Shown piece after piece: positions 60,608-64,000 of a DNA stretch of 64,000 bases. The DNA comes from Cyanobacteria bacterium P01_D01_bin.156 (GTDB lineage Bacteria; Cyanobacteriota; Cyanobacteriia; Phormidesmidales; Phormidesmidaceae), in contig JBCCQQ010000014.1 of NCBI GenBank assembly GCA_039024555.1, positions 32,001-96,000 on the forward strand, given 5' to 3'. A model generated the notes under the pieces. It searched no databases. It was not told the DNA's origin and saw nothing but the letters and a program-made list of their open reading frames with translations. Every line of letters begins with the position of its first letter. Positions within the stretch are counted from its first letter, which is position 1. The position numbers and the translations under genes are program-made.

Positions 60608-60698
60608 GGCGGTGCTGATCTCCAGGAAGATTTTATCTGCCAAATCCAGGTAAATACTAAGTTCTACAGATCGTCTCCTCCCCTAAATCAGCAACGGC
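60608..60698. repeat. ~91-bp MITE-like repeat copy
   Basis: GGCGGTGCTGATCT...TTATCTGCCAAATC...AGTTCTACAGATCGT...TCCCCTAAATCAGCAACGGC. Confidence 0.7.
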
Positions 60699-60762
60699 AC
60701 AAGCCCTAATATGGGTTTATTGGGCTGATTGATTAGGGGTATCGAACACCTAATTTAAACCC

Positions 60763-60801
60763 ACTAAAAAAGGAGCCTCTAAATAAGGCTCCTTTTTTAG
60801 T
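60763..60801. terminator. Bidirectional intrinsic terminator
   Basis: ACTAAAAAAGGAGCCT-7nt-AGGCTCCTTTTTTAGT between convergent genes. Confidence 0.85.
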
Positions 60802-60837
60802 AAACCGATATCACACGGCTATGACAGCTTGTAGCGT

Positions 60838-63465
60838 CTATGCACCAACTTGGGCAAGGGTGGGAGACTCCACTGAGCCAATAACAATGCGTACACGGTC
60901 TGGGTCAGCCCACATCACCAAACGAGGAGTGTAGGGACTGCTCAGATGCTCATGCTGGGGCAACACGCGCAATGAGAACCCTTGGAGACCACTCTGTCCA
61001 TAAGCCACATTGAGGGTGTACAAACTGCTGCCATCAGAGTCTTGACCTCGATAGACCATAGCGGTAGCTTGACCACCCTGCAATTCTCCATCAACATCGA
61101 TACCGCCTTGGTAAAATTCAACGGAGACATCAGCTGCCTGGAGATGGCCTAAATACACCCGCGCAGTGACCTGTAGGGGCTCATTCACCTGTAGGTCAAC
61201 ATCATGGGACAGATAAATCTCTGCAATCGAGATTTGTTGCCAATGTTGGTACAGTTCGGATTGCCATTGAGCAAGAGCTTTAGCAGGCGCATAGCCCTCG
61301 ACTACAAGCTCACGGCTCCGATCCGATGCGGCAAAATATCCATGGTTGGCATAATCTTGTAGCATCCGAGCGGTGTTAAACGCAGGGGTGTTTAACCGAA
61401 TAGCAGACTTCATCTTGGCGACCCAGCCGCGGGGAATGCCATTGGCATCACGATCGTAAAAGAGGGGTACCACAGCTGTTTCCAGCAACTCATAAAGATC
61501 GTTGGCCTCTACTTCGTCCTGGTAATCAGGATCGTCATAGTCTTCACCAGAACCGATGGGCCAACCGGTGCTGACATAGTCGGCTTCATCCCACCAGCCA
61601 TCTAGAACACTGAGGTTGGGCAGACCGTTCATTGCAGCTTTCATACCGCTCGTGCCAGAGGCTTCCCGAGGACGACGGGGATTATTAAGCCACACATCAC
61701 AGCCAGAAACCATCCAGCGCGCCACGTGAATATCGTAGTTAGGAACAAACACAATGGAACGATCCAACCCTTCATCACGGGTGAAGTGAATAATGTTGCG
61801 AATCAGCTCTTTGCCAGGAATATCCTTGGGATGGGCCTTACCGGCAATCACAAACTGTACTCGACGACCGAGAGAGTTTTGAACAATCTTGCGCAGACGC
61901 TCCACATCTCTGAGAAACAGAGTAGCCCGCTTATAGGTGGCAAAGCGGCGAGCAAAACCGATGGTCAAAATGCTGGGGTCCAATACCTCTTGGGCTCGTT
62001 CCATTTCTAAATGGGAACCGCCCCGTTCCTTAACCGCGTTATACAAGCGATCGCGAACGGACATCACTAAATGAGAGCGACAGCTTTCATGGTTGCGCCA
62101 AACTTCTTCATCGGGAATAGCATTCACCTTATCCCAGAGGGCATCATCAACGCCAGCGCTATCCCAGGTGGGGCCTAAGTAGCGATCGTAAAGTTCCTGA
62201 GTAGAACGAGCAACACAGCTGCGGGCATGAACCCCGTTGGTGATCGACGTAATAGGTACTTCGTTGATCGGTAAATTGGGCCAGAGGCCGCCAAACATTT
62301 TGCGTGAAACCGCGCCGTGTAGTTTGCTAACACCGTTAACAAAAGACGCCATCTTAATGGCTAATACCGCCATGCTAAAGGAAGCATCGTTATCGTTATC
62401 ATCCTCACGACCTAACGATAGGAAGTGCTCGTGAGAAAGTCCAAAGCGTGCGGCATAGTGCCCTAGGTAATGGAAAACCTTATCTGGAGGGAAGAGGTCG
62501 ATGCCTGCAGGTACAGGGGTATGGGTGGTAAAAAGCTGAGTGGCTTGAGCAACTTGCTGAGCTTCACTAAAGCTCAGCGACTGATCGTCCATCAGCATGC
62601 GAATACGCTCTAGAGCCAAAAATGCAGAGTGCCCCTCATTCAGGTGATAGGCAGAGGGATTTAGCCCCAGAGCCTTCAGCATACGTACACCACCGATCCC
62701 CAGCATCATTTCCTGCTGGATCCGCATATCAATGTCGCCACCGTAGAGGCGATCGCAAATATCCTGGTCGTGGGGAGCGTTGGGTTCGATGTTTGTATCT
62801 AGCAGATACAGGGGAACTCGACCCACTTGCACTCGCCAAACGCGAGCGTAGACCTTACGTCCAGGGAAATCTACGGCAATCCGCAGTTCGTTACCTTGGC
62901 GATCACGCTCCAGAGTCAGGGGCATGTTGTAGAAATCATTGATGGGGTAGCGTTCCTGCTGCCAACCATCGGCATTTAGGTACTGAGCGAAATAACCTTC
63001 TTGATAAAGTAAACCCACACCTACCAGGGGCAGGCCCAAATCACTGGCGGTTTTGAGATGATCCCCTGCCAGTACGCCTAAACCACCAGAATAGACCGGC
63101 AAGCAAGTGGTCAGACCAAACTCCATGGAGAAGTAGGCATAGCACTCATTATCGGTGGGCTGCTGACGATTTGTATCGTACCAGGACTGGGCATTTAGAT
63201 AATAGTCTAAACGCTCCACCGCATGGTTCATTTGAGCAATAAACCCACCATCTTCAGCCATTGCCTGTAACCGCTCTTGGCTGATGGTACTGAGCATCAG
63301 CACAGGGTTATAGCGACTGGAGATCCACAAGTCAGGGTCGAGTCGCTTAAACAAATCGATAGTTCCGCTATCCCAATCCCAATGAATATTCTCTGCTAAA
63401 CGTTGCAAAGGACTTAACGAAGGGGGCAGTGTAGGCGTAACGTTAAAGGTACGAATCGGGCGCAT
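60838..63465 (-). CDS. glgP: Alpha-glucan (glycogen) phosphorylase
   Basis: AYFSMEFG, YSGGLGVLAGD, HLNEGH, FARRFATYKR, EASGTSGMK; start trimmed to MRPIRT. Confidence 0.96.
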   Translation of the reverse strand: MRPIRTFNVTPTLPPSLSPLQRLAENIHWDWDSGTIDLFKRLDPDLWISSRYNPVLMLSTISQERLQAMAEDGGFIAQMNHAVERLDYYLNAQSWYDTNRQQPTDNECYAYFSMEFGLTTCLPVYSGGLGVLAGDHLKTASDLGLPLVGVGLLYQEGYFAQYLNADGWQQERYPINDFYNMPLTLERDRQGNELRIAVDFPGRKVYARVWRVQVGRVPLYLLDTNIEPNAPHDQDICDRLYGGDIDMRIQQEMMLGIGGVRMLKALGLNPSAYHLNEGHSAFLALERIRMLMDDQSLSFSEAQQVAQATQLFTTHTPVPAGIDLFPPDKVFHYLGHYAARFGLSHEHFLSLGREDDNDNDASFSMAVLAIKMASFVNGVSKLHGAVSRKMFGGLWPNLPINEVPITSITNGVHARSCVARSTQELYDRYLGPTWDSAGVDDALWDKVNAIPDEEVWRNHESCRSHLVMSVRDRLYNAVKERGGSHLEMERAQEVLDPSILTIGFARRFATYKRATLFLRDVERLRKIVQNSLGRRVQFVIAGKAHPKDIPGKELIRNIIHFTRDEGLDRSIVFVPNYDIHVARWMVSGCDVWLNNPRRPREASGTSGMKAAMNGLPNLSVLDGWWDEADYVSTGWPIGSGEDYDDPDYQDEVEANDLYELLETAVVPLFYDRDANGIPRGWVAKMKSAIRLNTPAFNTARMLQDYANHGYFAASDRSRELVVEGYAPAKALAQWQSELYQHWQQISIAEIYLSHDVDLQVNEPLQVTARVYLGHLQAADVSVEFYQGGIDVDGELQGGQATAMVYRGQDSDGSSLYTLNVAYGQSGLQGFSLRVLPQHEHLSSPYTPRLVMWADPDRVRIVIGSVESPTLAQVGA

Positions 63466-64000
63466 AGTTAAGTGTTCTTCTTCCGATGATATGCGAATGC
63501 TTTTAGTTCCCTCATATTCTGGCCTTGCCGACCAAGTTTGAAGTGCGTTCCTTAATACTGTCTTTGCTCCCATCAGCTACCTACAAGGCAACAAATCACC
63601 TAGGAGTAAGGACTATCACCAAAGCTAAATTTTTTCTTCAATTAACAACGACAGAGCTGTTTTGGTTGCGTTCAATTGCCTTTTGTTTCATTTTGTTTTG
63701 TGAGGTAACCTAAATTGAATATAAGCATCCTATGTGCAACACTTGTGGGCTTGTTAAAAATCAGCATCACGGCCTTGTATATTTACATCATGGTTTAACA
63801 AACTTTTCAGGCTTAAACCGTGAAGTCGTTTCTTAACAGCTCCGATGTTGCCGTTATAGATATCGGCACCCATTCAATTTTGTTACTGATTGCTAAAAAA
63901 ATGCTTCCCTTGAGCAGTGGGCTTGCGGGTCTGACCCCTCGCCCCTCTTTAGCACCCGCTCCCAAGTAGATACCCATTTTGGACGCTAGAGCACGAAGCC

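Noticed and set aside
63800..64000. Possible gene end or leader RNA at the right edge
   Set aside because: Too little sequence; no frame or structure could be identified

Overview
64 kb of cyanobacterial chromosome. The HIP1 octamer GCGATCGC is frequent, and nblB, a PatA-type regulator and an ARTO-type oxidase are present; the gene style suggests a filamentous Leptolyngbyaceae-like strain (inference). Core genes: 5' part of an ARTO ctaC/ctaD operon, panE, agcS, ppk1, gyrA, glgP, a GH57 hydrolase, an HDAC-family deacetylase, codA with ABC subunits, and a KirBac channel. Accessory modules: an AT-rich NACHT gene, a TIR-TM-periplasmic sensor-TM protein, a PadR-regulated RND pump, an imelysin/di-heme pair, pirin/LysR, a GH3 ligase with two hydroxylases, and a two-partner secretion pair. 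No rRNA, tRNA, CRISPR array or transposase was seen. Most notable: (1) a glutamine (glnA-motif) riboswitch upstream of an unannotated 41-aa membrane peptide; (2) a Toll-receptor-like TIR protein with an external sensor domain, convergent with a foreign NACHT gene; (3) a secreted 57-aa peptide built only of Glu/Asp and Ile/Tyr/Val/Phe; (4) a GH3 + fatty-acid hydroxylase + Asp/Asn-hydroxylase cluster; (5) an unannotated Arg-rich 35-aa ORF before a Nif11-like gene; (6) a perfect 44-bp palindrome and a ~90-bp MITE-like repeat. All calls were made by eye; no database searches were run.
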